A DNA stretch of 64,000 bases from Faecousia sp. (lineage in GTDB: Bacteria; Bacillota; Clostridia; Oscillospirales; Oscillospiraceae): contig JAZOLS010000029.1 in assembly GCA_045653245.1 (NCBI GenBank), positions 2,190 to 66,189 of the forward strand, in the 5' to 3' direction. The notes under the pieces are model-generated. The model worked only from the letters and a program-made list of their open reading frames with translations. It was not told the DNA's origin and made no database searches. Each line of letters begins with the position of its first letter. Positions within the stretch are counted from its first letter, which is position 1. This document shows, piece after piece, positions 17,554 to 26,333 of this stretch. The position numbers and the translations under genes were made by a program.

Positions 17554-20500
17554 ATGAATTTGTCAGAACCCCAACTGATCTCTCCCCTGCTGGATGGCTT
17601 TGTCATGGGCGATCCCATCAGCGGTCACGACGGCGTACGTGCCTGTCCTGCCATGCATCTGGAGACGGACAAGAAGTATATCGTAAAAATCATTTCCCTG
17701 CCGGCAAGCCAGTCCAAGCTGGATGCACTGCTTTTGGCAGGTGCCTTTTCAGACCGTCAGTCCGCGCTGGAGTATTTCAAAGAATTGGCTGACGGTGTTC
17801 TGCAAGAAGCAGAACTGTTGCAAAAATTATCCCGGCATGAAGGTTTTGTTGCTTTTGATAATTGGCAGATGGTTCCCATGGAGGAAGACGAAACCGGCTT
17901 TGATATTTACCTGCTGAGCCAGTACCGTCCCACATTGGAAAGTGTCTTGCGCGGTAACGAGATGACACACCTTCAGGCGGTCAACCTTGGGCTTGACCTC
18001 TGTGCGGCTTTGTCCGTATCTCGTCGGTTTGGATACATGTTCGGCAATTTGAAGCCTGGCAATATCTACATCTGCAATGACCGGGAATTCCGCATCGGTG
18101 ACCTGGGCTTTTTAGGTCTCGACTCTCTACAATATGCATCTCTCCCAGACAAGTATCACAGTGATTATACGCCACCGGAAATCAGCGATGCATATTCTGC
18201 CTTGAACAGCACCATGGATACCTATGCCGTGGGCTTGATCCTGTACCAAACCTATAACGACGGTCGTCTGCCTCCCGTAGGCATAACTTTGGAGGCTCCA
18301 CGACATGCAGATCCTGCACTGTCTGAAATCATCCTGAAGGCTTGCTCTGTTGATCCTGCGGAGCGTTGGCAGGATCCTGTGCAGATGGGGCAGGCATTAG
18401 CTAATTATCTGCAGAGCAACACTGTCAATGATACCCCCATTGTACCACCTGTAACCGGGAACGAAGAAACCGAACCTTCCGAAGTTTTCCCTGATGAGGA
18501 CGCGGAACCCAGCACAGAAGATATCCTTGCTGAGGTCGACATGGCAATTGAGAATGCGCCTCCCATTGTCCCTGCGCCACAGTCTGATACAGAAACGGAA
18601 AACGCGGAACAAGAGGAAACCGCAGAGGTTGCCAATACGGAAACCCCCGTTACTTTCGAAGTCGAAACCGAAGAAACACATACGGAAGAAGCATCTGTTG
18701 CAGAAACGTGTGAAGAAGACGCGGAAGTTGAAACGTTGACAGAGGAAGAACCCGCGGCTGAGGATGCCAAGGAAGTCACCAAGACGGATGAGGATCCGAT
18801 GGATGAAACTGCACAGATCCTTGCGCAGGCAGATGATCTGATTGCCCATCAATTACCCGATCCTCCTGTGGCTCCGGAACCGATTGAAGTCACCCTCCCC
18901 GATCCTCAGGAAATTGTTTTGGATATACCCGATCAGACCGAGAATTCCGAAACCGTTTCGGAAGAAGTTGCGGAAGTGGTATCCGCAACCGAAGAGCTTG
19001 CAGAGGCCCTGGAGGAGGAAAAAACAGAACAGATCCCGGTGGAAGTTGAAGAAGATGCACAAGTGCCCAAGAAAAAACGCAAAGGTCTTGTCATCGCAAC
19101 TATTGTATTGGTAGCTGTGCTTTTGCTTGCTACAGCTGTGCTGTTCTATCAGTTTTTCTATCTGCAGACCATCGATAAGATTGCCTTACACGGCAGAGAA
19201 GACCGTTTGTCCGTAATGCTGACAACCGACATTGCCTATGAAAAGTTGACCATCAAATGTGTCGACCCCCATGGCAACTCCCTCACTGCCCCTGTGGAAA
19301 ATGGCGTTGCTAACTTTGTTGGTCTGAAACCCGGCACAAAGTACACATTGGAAGTGCGCATCAACGGTTTCCACAAACTGCTGGGCGAAACCACCAAATC
19401 CTACACCACTGCCACGCAGACAATTATCAACGGTTTCTTTGCAGCTACCGGCCAGGAAGACGGCTCTGTAATCCTGAGTTTCTCCCACCAGGGCCCTGAT
19501 TCTGCACAATGGACTGTTACTTATAGTGCGGACGGAGAAGCAGAACAAACCACTACGTTCAATGGCCACATGGTTACACTCACCGGCTTGACTGTCGGCA
19601 AAGAATACACTTTTAAACTCGCTCCTGTCACGGATCTTTATATCAGCGGTAATGATGCCATTACTTACACTGTATCCAAGATCGTCTACGCAGAAGATCT
19701 TCAGGTTCTTGGTTTTACCGAAAACGGACTGGGCATCACCTGGAAGACTCCGGAAGGTGTAACGGTTCCTAAGTGGTACATACGCTGTTACAATGATGCC
19801 GGATATGATAAAACCTTATCCACAGAAGATACACTCATTTATTTTGAAAATCTTGACCCCACCGCAGGGTACAACATTGAAGTCACAGCTGACGGCATGA
19901 CCCTCGGTACACGTCATTTTATCTCTCCAAATTCCATTACAGTCAAGAATATCCGGGTAGATGCTTCCGATCGCAACAGCCTGAAGATTACCTGGGAATT
20001 TGACGGAGCAGCCCCCAACGGTGACTGGTTGCTGTTTTATACCATTGACGGCAGCACGGAACGGCAAATGGTCATGTGTAGCGAAACCTCTTGCACCATC
20101 ACCCCTCTGATTCCCGGTGCACACTACACTATTGAGATCACGACCGCCCCCGGTACTACTGTCTTTGGCGGTTTTGAGGAGTATGACGCTCCCGCAGCCA
20201 CACCTTTTAATGGCTATCTGGTAACCGCGGATAACATGGAGTTCTCCATGTGCAAAACTCCGGCAAAGTCCAACTGGAATCGGAAAGATGTTCCCAGCGG
20301 AGATTATACCACCGCATTCCAGGTTGGCGTCAGTGCTTCCTTTGTGATGCATCTTGACAGCCGCACCAGTAAAGTTGACGATTCCGTGGTCACCCTCTAT
20401 GTGATCCGGGACATCGATAAGAAAGTCGTCAGTGCGAAATACGAATCCCGGACCTGGGATGAAATGTGGAACGATCGCTACGGCAAACTGACGATCCCCG

Positions 20501-20595
20501 TCATGCCGGAAAATCCCGGCCACTACACCGTTGAGATCTATTTCAACGGCACTGCCGTAACAACCCAATCTTTTACAGTTGTTATTGAAGGATAA
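17554..20595 (+). CDS. Membrane Hanks-type kinase-like protein (probable pseudokinase) with acidic linker, TM helix and Fn3-like repeats
   Basis: YIVKII, GNLKPGN, GDLG, YTPPE, DTYAVG, DPAERW; Glu-rich region; KKKRKG plus TM; LKPGTKYTLEV/LIPGAHYTIEI Fn3-type strands. Confidence 0.8.
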   Translation: MNLSEPQLISPLLDGFVMGDPISGHDGVRACPAMHLETDKKYIVKIISLPASQSKLDALLLAGAFSDRQSALEYFKELADGVLQEAELLQKLSRHEGFVAFDNWQMVPMEEDETGFDIYLLSQYRPTLESVLRGNEMTHLQAVNLGLDLCAALSVSRRFGYMFGNLKPGNIYICNDREFRIGDLGFLGLDSLQYASLPDKYHSDYTPPEISDAYSALNSTMDTYAVGLILYQTYNDGRLPPVGITLEAPRHADPALSEIILKACSVDPAERWQDPVQMGQALANYLQSNTVNDTPIVPPVTGNEETEPSEVFPDEDAEPSTEDILAEVDMAIENAPPIVPAPQSDTETENAEQEETAEVANTETPVTFEVETEETHTEEASVAETCEEDAEVETLTEEEPAAEDAKEVTKTDEDPMDETAQILAQADDLIAHQLPDPPVAPEPIEVTLPDPQEIVLDIPDQTENSETVSEEVAEVVSATEELAEALEEEKTEQIPVEVEEDAQVPKKKRKGLVIATIVLVAVLLLATAVLFYQFFYLQTIDKIALHGREDRLSVMLTTDIAYEKLTIKCVDPHGNSLTAPVENGVANFVGLKPGTKYTLEVRINGFHKLLGETTKSYTTATQTIINGFFAATGQEDGSVILSFSHQGPDSAQWTVTYSADGEAEQTTTFNGHMVTLTGLTVGKEYTFKLAPVTDLYISGNDAITYTVSKIVYAEDLQVLGFTENGLGITWKTPEGVTVPKWYIRCYNDAGYDKTLSTEDTLIYFENLDPTAGYNIEVTADGMTLGTRHFISPNSITVKNIRVDASDRNSLKITWEFDGAAPNGDWLLFYTIDGSTERQMVMCSETSCTITPLIPGAHYTIEITTAPGTTVFGGFEEYDAPAATPFNGYLVTADNMEFSMCKTPAKSNWNRKDVPSGDYTTAFQVGVSASFVMHLDSRTSKVDDSVVTLYVIRDIDKKVVSAKYESRTWDEMWNDRYGKLTIPVMPENPGHYTVEIYFNGTAVTTQSFTVVIEG

Positions 20596-20600
20596 TAAAC

Positions 20601-20629
20601 AATCCCCGATGCCACGGCATCGGGGATTT
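20601..20629. terminator. Bidirectional terminator
   Basis: AATCCCCGATGC-CACG-GCATCGGGGATT. Confidence 0.8.
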
Positions 20630-20631
20630 GC

Positions 20632-21870
20632 TTATTCTTTCGTTTCTTCTGTTTTCACAGGTTTGGTCTTTTTCTTGCGCCGGACTTTCTGCCAGTCAAT
20701 CAAAGTGGGATGATCCTGCAGTTTGTCATCGGAAATCTGTCGGGATTCCAAACGTTTATCCGTCCATTCCCTAGCCAGCGCGTAGCAGACGGATGCCAGG
20801 GGGATCATCAGAAGCATTCCGCCCACGCCCATCAGGTCGCCGCCAACAGCCACTGCTACCAGTACCCACATACCGGGAAGACCCACAGAACTTCCCACCA
20901 CTCTGGGATAGATCAAGTTACCCTCGATCTGTTGCAGGGTCAAGAACAGCACAACAAACCAAAATGCCAACACCGGATCTACCACGAGAATGAAAAATGC
21001 GCCGATAAAACAGCCGACGAATGCACCAACGATGGGCACAAGAGCAGTTACCGCAATGACCACACTGACCAGTGCAACATAGGGCACGCCAAAGATGGGC
21101 ATTGTGATGGCGAACATCACACCAAGGATCACAGCCTCCAGACACTGACCGGAAATGAATTTCGAGAAGGTACTGTTGGTCATCCGCAGGATACGGATCA
21201 CTTCATCGCAATGTTTCTCTTTAAAAATGGAATACAGAAGCCGGCGGCCCTGACGTGCAAGAATCTCTTTTCTTGCCAGACAGTAAAGGGCAAATACCAA
21301 GCTGAGGATGCCATTGAAAATTCCCGTCCCCAGCGTGATCACGGCAGAAACAGCCTTTTCCACGATATTTCCCACGCTGTCGGTAAGGATTGTGATGGCT
21401 TCCTGTACCAGTGCGCTCCAGTCCATGGAGTGGAAATCGGTATAGTTGGATACCCATTCCAACAATTCCGGGTTATCCTCAAGATAGGATATTACCATAT
21501 CCTGTGCTTTTCCGAAGAACGCGGGCAATTGCACCGCAATGGACTCTATGGTTTCACCCAGTTGAGGGATCAGCAACGCAAAGATTCCGTAGAGCACCAA
21601 AGCGACGGCAACCAGCGTCAAAATCAAGGATAATGCTCGACGAAGACCCGGCTTGGGGATCTTTTTCAGCAAACTTTCAATGCTGCGCATGGGCACATTT
21701 AAAACAAAGGCCAATGCAGCACCCACAATAAACGGCGACAAAATTCCAGTAATTGTTTTCAGTACACCAATCAGCCGCGCGGTCTCATGAAGCAGCCAGT
21801 ACAGCACGATACATCCGGCAACACCCAGGAAGATTCTGCGTAAATTCTTTCCGTTCAGTTCCAAGGCCAT
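20632..21870 (-). CDS. AI-2E family transporter (UPF0118)
   Basis: Multiple TMs; SKFISGQCLEAVILG, LVPIVG, QQIEGNLIYPRVVGSSVGL. Confidence 0.9.
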   Translation of the reverse strand: MALELNGKNLRRIFLGVAGCIVLYWLLHETARLIGVLKTITGILSPFIVGAALAFVLNVPMRSIESLLKKIPKPGLRRALSLILTLVAVALVLYGIFALLIPQLGETIESIAVQLPAFFGKAQDMVISYLEDNPELLEWVSNYTDFHSMDWSALVQEAITILTDSVGNIVEKAVSAVITLGTGIFNGILSLVFALYCLARKEILARQGRRLLYSIFKEKHCDEVIRILRMTNSTFSKFISGQCLEAVILGVMFAITMPIFGVPYVALVSVVIAVTALVPIVGAFVGCFIGAFFILVVDPVLAFWFVVLFLTLQQIEGNLIYPRVVGSSVGLPGMWVLVAVAVGGDLMGVGGMLLMIPLASVCYALAREWTDKRLESRQISDDKLQDHPTLIDWQKVRRKKKTKPVKTEETKE

Positions 21871-21966
21871 CCCTCCCTTTTACCGTTATTATAACGGCTT
21901 CATTCGGAAAATTCTATAGATAAATCGTAAATTCTTGATTTTCCGCAAAAGTTTTTTTCCAATTTT

Positions 21967-21995
21967 GCATATCGTCGCTCTGGGGTGCATAGGTT
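21967..21995 (+). promoter_or_regulatory. sigE promoter of spoIIID
   Basis: GCATATC-14-CATAGGTT; spoIIID is sigE-dependent. Confidence 0.7.
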
Positions 21996-22029
21996 TTCTT
22001 GGCAGCACACAGCATCGGAGGGAAGTTTT

Positions 22030-22278
22030 ATGCCTGACACTATGGAGGAGCGAGCCTGCGCATTGGCTGTGTACATGATCGAAACAGGTGCCACCGTCCG
22101 CGCCGCGGCGCAGCATTTTGGCATTTCAAAATCCACCGTCCATAAGGATTTATCCCAGCGCCTGCCCCAGTATAACAAACTTCTCTATGAGCAGGTACGG
22201 AAAGTTCTGGACATAAACAAGCAGGAGCGGCATATCCGCGGCGGTATGGCCACCCAGCGTAAGTACAAAAAACCATGA
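22030..22278 (+). CDS. spoIIID: Sporulation transcription regulator SpoIIID
   Basis: ATVRAAAQHFGISKSTVHKDLSQRL...ERHIRGGMATQRKY; start 22030. Confidence 0.95.
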   Translation: MPDTMEERACALAVYMIETGATVRAAAQHFGISKSTVHKDLSQRLPQYNKLLYEQVRKVLDINKQERHIRGGMATQRKYKKP

Positions 22279-22282
22279 GAAA

Positions 22283-22315
22283 AAGCCTGCTGGAAACAGC
22301 AGGCTTCATTTTTTC
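22283..22315. terminator. Bidirectional terminator
   Basis: AAGCCTGCTG-GAAA-CAGCAGGCTT with flanking A/T tracts. Confidence 0.75.
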
Positions 22316-22472
22316 ACAGGTCATCTGCATCCTGTACCGGCTGCTCCAGAGGATCCATAGGTCGGCCCGTGTAGCTGCCCATGGGGTCAGTCAGCATCAT
22401 GCCCAGTAAATCAAATTTTTCCTTTGTAAAGGGAATATAAGGAATATCCTGATCTGCTTTTTCGCGCTTCAT
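22314..22472 (-). CDS. 52-aa hypothetical protein with C-terminal DPxGSYTG...PVQDADDL motif
   Basis: RBS AAGGAG before ATG 22472; motif recalled from small clostridial hypothetical proteins. Confidence 0.7.
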   Translation of the reverse strand: MKREKADQDIPYIPFTKEKFDLLGMMLTDPMGSYTGRPMDPLEQPVQDADDL

Positions 22473-22536
22473 AGATTTCTCTCCTTGTTGCGATTTGGTA
22501 TTTCCTATGCTATAATGCCCATAAAGGAGGGATTCT

Positions 22537-23019
22537 ATGTTTAATATCACTCTGATCACCATGGGTAAACTGAAGGAAAAGTTTTACCTCAGCGCCGCCG
22601 AGGAGTATTGCAAGCGGTTAAAGGGCTATTGCAATTTTCAAATCATTGAATTGCCGGAGCATCGTTTGCCGGAAGATCCCTCCCCTGCTGAAATTTCCGC
22701 AGGACTGGAAAAGGAGGCAGAATTGATCTTCGCAAAGATACCGAAAGGCGCATGGTTCTGCATCTTTACCCCCGAGGGAAAAATTCTATCCAGCGAAGGC
22801 TTTGCCGACAAGTTGAAAGAAGTGAAATTGTCCGGCAAAAGCAGCGCCTGCTTTTTGATCGGTTCTTCCTTTGGAATATCTCCACGGGTAAAAGAAAAAG
22901 CGGATTTCAAGCTTTCCATGGGCCCCATGACCTTCCCCCACCATTTGGCACGTGTCATGGTGCTGGAGCAGCTTTACAGGGCTGAGGCAATCCAAGCCGG
23001 AAGCAAGTACCATAAGTAA
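22537..23019 (+). CDS. rlmH: 23S rRNA pseudouridine-1915 N3-methyltransferase
   Basis: GKLKEK, FLIGSSFG, LSMGPMTFPHHLARVMVLEQLYRA, KYHK; sigma-A promoter TTGCGA-17-TATAAT at 22488..22516. Confidence 0.95.
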   Translation: MFNITLITMGKLKEKFYLSAAEEYCKRLKGYCNFQIIELPEHRLPEDPSPAEISAGLEKEAELIFAKIPKGAWFCIFTPEGKILSSEGFADKLKEVKLSGKSSACFLIGSSFGISPRVKEKADFKLSMGPMTFPHHLARVMVLEQLYRAEAIQAGSKYHK

Positions 23020-23047
23020 AAGAGCGTCGCACATAGCGACGCTCTTT
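23019..23047. terminator. Bidirectional terminator
   Basis: AAAGAGCGTCGC-ACATA-GCGACGCTCTTT. Confidence 0.8.
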
Positions 23048-23051
23048 CTCA

Positions 23052-24752
23052 TTAGCGATAGAAAGTATTTCCGCCGATGAATTCACGCACCAGGGATGTG
23101 GGTGGGATCTCGTCGTCCACATCCGCTTCCTGGACAAAGTTCAGCACCTTAACAATGGAACGAACCTCGTCATAGGCAGGATCTTCCGGCTCAACAGCCG
23201 TCAAAAGCGGGAAAATGTGTTTTTTCAGAACCGCCAGTTCGTACAAAGTGGAACTGTTGAAGATCACATCCGCGTTTTCCTGGAACGGGAAGATCCAGCG
23301 GCGCTCGCCAGCACGGACGCTGTCCCACATACCGATAGTTCTCTGTACACTGGTGCCACGGCCCTCAAAGTCGCGAACGATACGCCGCAGCAGGCGCAGA
23401 TAGCTGGTGGGGATACGGTTGTGGTCATCCAGATTCAGAGGCAGCAAGGGGCTCACATACATACGGAACACCAAATGTTTATCCAGGCCCCTGGGCAACA
23501 GTACAGGATTCAGCGCATGCAGACCCTCAATGACGAAAACAGTATCCTTATCCATCTTCATCTTATGGCCGTTCCAAACACGCTTACCCAATTTGAAGTT
23601 GAAAGTGGGGATCTCCACTTCCTCGCCCTCGAGCAATTTGGCCAAATGCTCACCGAAGAGATTAGTATCGATGGTATTGATGTGCTCCAAGTCAATCTTG
23701 CCGTCCGGGCCGGGCAAAATCATATCTCGGTCCAGGTAATAGTCGTCCAGGCTCATGAGGATGGGCTTTTTGCCGTGAACCCGGAGCTGGGTGGAAAGAC
23801 GGTTTGCAGAGGTGGTCTTGCCAGAAGAGCTGGGTCCTGCCAGCATGACTGCTTTTGCACCACGGTTGCAAACCATATCCGCAATACGGGAATAATTCTT
23901 TTCGTGCAGGGCTTCGTTGACCCGGATCAGTTCCCGAATGCGGCCTGAATCCACAAGGTCATTCAAATCCGCAACCGTCTGACAGTCCATGAGGTACCCC
24001 CACTTTTCCCCCTCGGAGAACATGGTAAAGAAATGGGGACTTTCTTTGTAATCGGCCACCTGGTCGGGATCTTGGTCATCGGGATAGATGAACATGAAGC
24101 CGCCGTCTTTTTGCTGAATATCCCAAACCTGCAGATAGCCGGTAGAGGGTGCTAGTTCGCCATAGAAATAGTCACCATAGTCTTCATGTATGTACTCGTC
24201 AAAATAGGGTTCTTTGCGCCAGGAAAGCAGTCTAGCCTTATCCTCCTGCCCGGATGCCACATAGCGGGCAATGGCTTCCTCGGTGGTCAGACGCTGACGG
24301 ATCAGTGGAATGTCCATTTCAACCAACTTTGTAATTTCTGCTTTCAGTGCGCGAACGGAGAATTCCTTGCATCCGTAAACCGCAATAAACAGGCCTGAGC
24401 CAACGGTACAATTCATCTTGGCGCGGGCCTGTGGATACAGCCGGTGCAGCGCAAGGAATGTAACGAATTGTGCGGTGCGAGTATAAACCTCTCTGCCTGT
24501 ATCGTCTCCATAGCGAAGCAGGCGCACCTGTCCGTTAGAAGCCGCCATAGCTCGGCGGATGGAGGGCCGATCAGAGTCCGCATCCTTTTGGCGGACGGGG
24601 ATGTAGTTCAGATTGAAAACTTCGCCTGCAATCTTTGCAGCCAAAGGTCGGGTGGAAAGTTTGTCTGTATCCATGCCCAATTTGCGTAACATATCCAAAA
24701 GAGATTGACCCGGACGAGGCTCAACAGTACGGCCGTCAATATTCAATGTCAT
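23052..24752 (-). CDS. Uridine-kinase-like nucleoside kinase with N-terminal TGS/ThrRS-like domains
   Basis: P-loop AGPSSSGKTT, LDDYY, IEGLHALN, RLLRRIVRD, WIFPFQENAD; N-terminal half resembles the ThrRS N-terminal region. Confidence 0.85.
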   Translation of the reverse strand: MTLNIDGRTVEPRPGQSLLDMLRKLGMDTDKLSTRPLAAKIAGEVFNLNYIPVRQKDADSDRPSIRRAMAASNGQVRLLRYGDDTGREVYTRTAQFVTFLALHRLYPQARAKMNCTVGSGLFIAVYGCKEFSVRALKAEITKLVEMDIPLIRQRLTTEEAIARYVASGQEDKARLLSWRKEPYFDEYIHEDYGDYFYGELAPSTGYLQVWDIQQKDGGFMFIYPDDQDPDQVADYKESPHFFTMFSEGEKWGYLMDCQTVADLNDLVDSGRIRELIRVNEALHEKNYSRIADMVCNRGAKAVMLAGPSSSGKTTSANRLSTQLRVHGKKPILMSLDDYYLDRDMILPGPDGKIDLEHINTIDTNLFGEHLAKLLEGEEVEIPTFNFKLGKRVWNGHKMKMDKDTVFVIEGLHALNPVLLPRGLDKHLVFRMYVSPLLPLNLDDHNRIPTSYLRLLRRIVRDFEGRGTSVQRTIGMWDSVRAGERRWIFPFQENADVIFNSSTLYELAVLKKHIFPLLTAVEPEDPAYDEVRSIVKVLNFVQEADVDDEIPPTSLVREFIGGNTFYR

Positions 24753-24756
24753 AGTC

Positions 24757-24990
24757 TTATCCTCCTTTATTTTCCTTGCGGTACAGTCTATAAAGCTGCA
24801 CCATCTGAATGATCAGAAGTCCGATGTTCAGCAAAGCAGTGGGCCATGTATTAGTAAAAATGCCGTAGATAGCGCAGATGATCGCACCACTCATATTTAC
24901 GGTCCGTAACCATTTTACCGAAGTCATCATCATGGAGATGAGAACCAAAGCCATACCTACATAGCCAAAGATTTCAAGATGTACATTCAT
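24757..24990 (-). CDS. 77-aa three-helix membrane protein (YgjV-like / SemiSWEET-sized)
   Basis: EIFGYVGMALVLISMMM / LRTVNMSGAIICAIYG / WPTALLNIGLLII; RBS AAAGGAG. Confidence 0.8.
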   Translation of the reverse strand: MNVHLEIFGYVGMALVLISMMMTSVKWLRTVNMSGAIICAIYGIFTNTWPTALLNIGLLIIQMVQLYRLYRKENKGG

Positions 24991-25032
24991 ACAGCATATG
25001 CTCCTTTCGGGGTTAAAATGCGGCGGTCAAGT

Positions 25033-25077
25033 AAAAAATATGGCTGACCGCCAGTTGAAGAACCGGTAGTCAACCAT
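25033..25077 (-). terminator. Riboswitch-controlled terminator overlapping the aptamer 3' half
   Basis: AUGGUUGACUACCGGUU-CUUC-AACUGGCGGUCAGCCAU, 16 of 17 pairs, then AUUUUUU. Confidence 0.8.
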
Positions 25078-25127
25078 TTACGGTGGTTCGTAGAAACGCT
25101 TACCCCTATTGTAAGCATATACCCAAT
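25061..25127 (-). ncRNA. Purine riboswitch aptamer, guanine-type discriminator (C74)
   Basis: GUA-UAU-GCUUAC-AAUAGGG-GUAAGC-GUUUCUAC-GAACCA-CCGUAAA-UGGUUG-ACUAC matches the purine riboswitch core (J2/3 GUUUCUAC, L3 CCGUAAA, L2 GG kissing). Confidence 0.92.
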
Positions 25128-25167
25128 ATGTAGCATTTCGCCAAAAGATTGGTTCAATGTGTTGTGG

Positions 25168-25196
25168 ATTATATCATACTTGCCCAAAAAATGCAA
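25168..25196 (-). promoter_or_regulatory. sigma-A promoter of the riboswitch operon
   Basis: TTGCAT-17-TATAAT with extended TG. Confidence 0.8.
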
Positions 25197-25207
25197 GAAC
25201 TTTTTTC

Positions 25208-25939
25208 CTAAAACTCTCCACAGGCATACATCACAGCGGAAAGGGCGCAAAGTGGCGCAGTTTCGCACCGCAGGATGCGCTTTCCAAGTGTGCAAACCTG
25301 CAAGCCCTTATCCCGGGCCATTTGCACTTCTTTCTCTTCAAGGCCGCCCTCCGGGCCGGTAAGTAAGCTGATGGTAGCAGCACTTCCCTGCTCCATAGCC
25401 ATGCGCAGCGTGGTAGCCTGTTCATTTTCATAGAACATCAGCGCCTTGTCAGCCTGGGCGGCTCTTGTAAGGGCTTCCTTGTAGCTGCCAAGCACCAACA
25501 CCTGGGGCACTCTGCCACGGCCGGACTGCTCTGCGGCGGACGCAGCAATCTTCTGCCAGCGCTCCAGTTTCTTCTGCAGGCTCTTTTCATCCGGCTTGGA
25601 AACGCAACGGGATGACGGGAACGCAACGATCTCGTATGCGCCCAGCTCCGTTGCCTTTTGGATCACATGTTCAAGTTTGTCTGCCTTGGGAAAAGCCATG
25701 TAAATGCTGACCCTAACAGGAGCCTCGGACGCGGATTCTCTGCGACTCTTTACCACCAGGCTAATCTGACCGGCGCTGACATCGCTGACGGCGCACAGGC
25801 ATTCCTGGCCCTGGCCGTCGCATACCAACACCTCTTCTCCGTTTTTCAAACGCAGCACCTTGGCGTGCTGGGCATTCTCACCGGTGAGCACCAAAAAATT
25901 GGGCTGTAATTCTTCGGGCGTTACGAAAAATCTTGTCAT
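25208..25939 (-). CDS. rsmE: 16S rRNA m3U1498 methyltransferase
   Basis: HAKVLRL, KATELG, AAEQSGR, GPEGG, LGKRILRCETA. Confidence 0.95.
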   Translation of the reverse strand: MTRFFVTPEELQPNFLVLTGENAQHAKVLRLKNGEEVLVCDGQGQECLCAVSDVSAGQISLVVKSRRESASEAPVRVSIYMAFPKADKLEHVIQKATELGAYEIVAFPSSRCVSKPDEKSLQKKLERWQKIAASAAEQSGRGRVPQVLVLGSYKEALTRAAQADKALMFYENEQATTLRMAMEQGSAATISLLTGPEGGLEEKEVQMARDKGLQVCTLGKRILRCETAPLCALSAVMYACGEF

Positions 25940-26021
25940 AGGTTATCCCTCATTTCTTTTAGCTATTCTAACATAGTAGCAACTAAGGTGCAACTGTTTT
26001 CTGCAACAACCCAATCCACGC

Positions 26022-26143
26022 GTCATTGCGAGGAGCCCTGCAAGGGGCGACGTAGCAATCTCCTGGTGTGATCCACCATAATGCACAGCAGTAACAAACA
26101 TTGTACCTGGAGATCGCCACGTCACTTCGTTCCTCGCGATGAC
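26022..26143. repeat. Inverted pair of (C/T)GTC-type REP-like elements
   Basis: GTCATTGCGAGGAGC..GCGACGTAGCAATCTCC and reverse copy GTCATCGCGAGGAACGAAGTGACGTGGCGATCTCC; same family at 46150 and 60700. Confidence 0.8.
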
Positions 26144-26161
26144 ATAAACAAAGCTGGCTAC

Positions 26162-26190
26162 TTGACATTTAATTATTGAAGTGGTATAGT
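26162..26190 (+). promoter_or_regulatory. sigma-A promoter of tRNA-Ser
   Basis: TTGACA-17-TATAGT with extended TG. Confidence 0.85.
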
Positions 26191-26200
26191 TTTCACCAAT

Positions 26201-26289
26201 GGAGAGATGTCCGAGCGGTTTAAGGAGCTAGTCTTGAAAACTAGTGATGGGGCAACCCACCGTGGGTTCGAATCCCACTCTCTCCGCCA
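26201..26289 (+). tRNA. tRNA-Ser (anticodon UGA)
   Basis: GGAGAGA/TCTCTCC acceptor stem, anticodon arm CTAGT-CTTGAAA-ACTAG, long variable arm, GGTTCGAATCC, G73, encoded CCA. Confidence 0.97.
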
Positions 26290-26327
26290 AATAAAACGCC
26301 ACCCCTTGGGGTGGCGTTTTATTTGGC
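26286..26327 (+). terminator. tRNA terminator
   Basis: GCCAAATAAAACGCCACCC-CTTG-GGGTGGCGTTTTATTTGGC. Confidence 0.8.
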
Positions 26328-26333
26328 TCAAGT

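Noticed and set aside
26022-26143. REP units as a mini-CRISPR or IS ends
   Set aside because: Units are inverted, dispersed pairs; no cas gene, transposase or target duplication visible.
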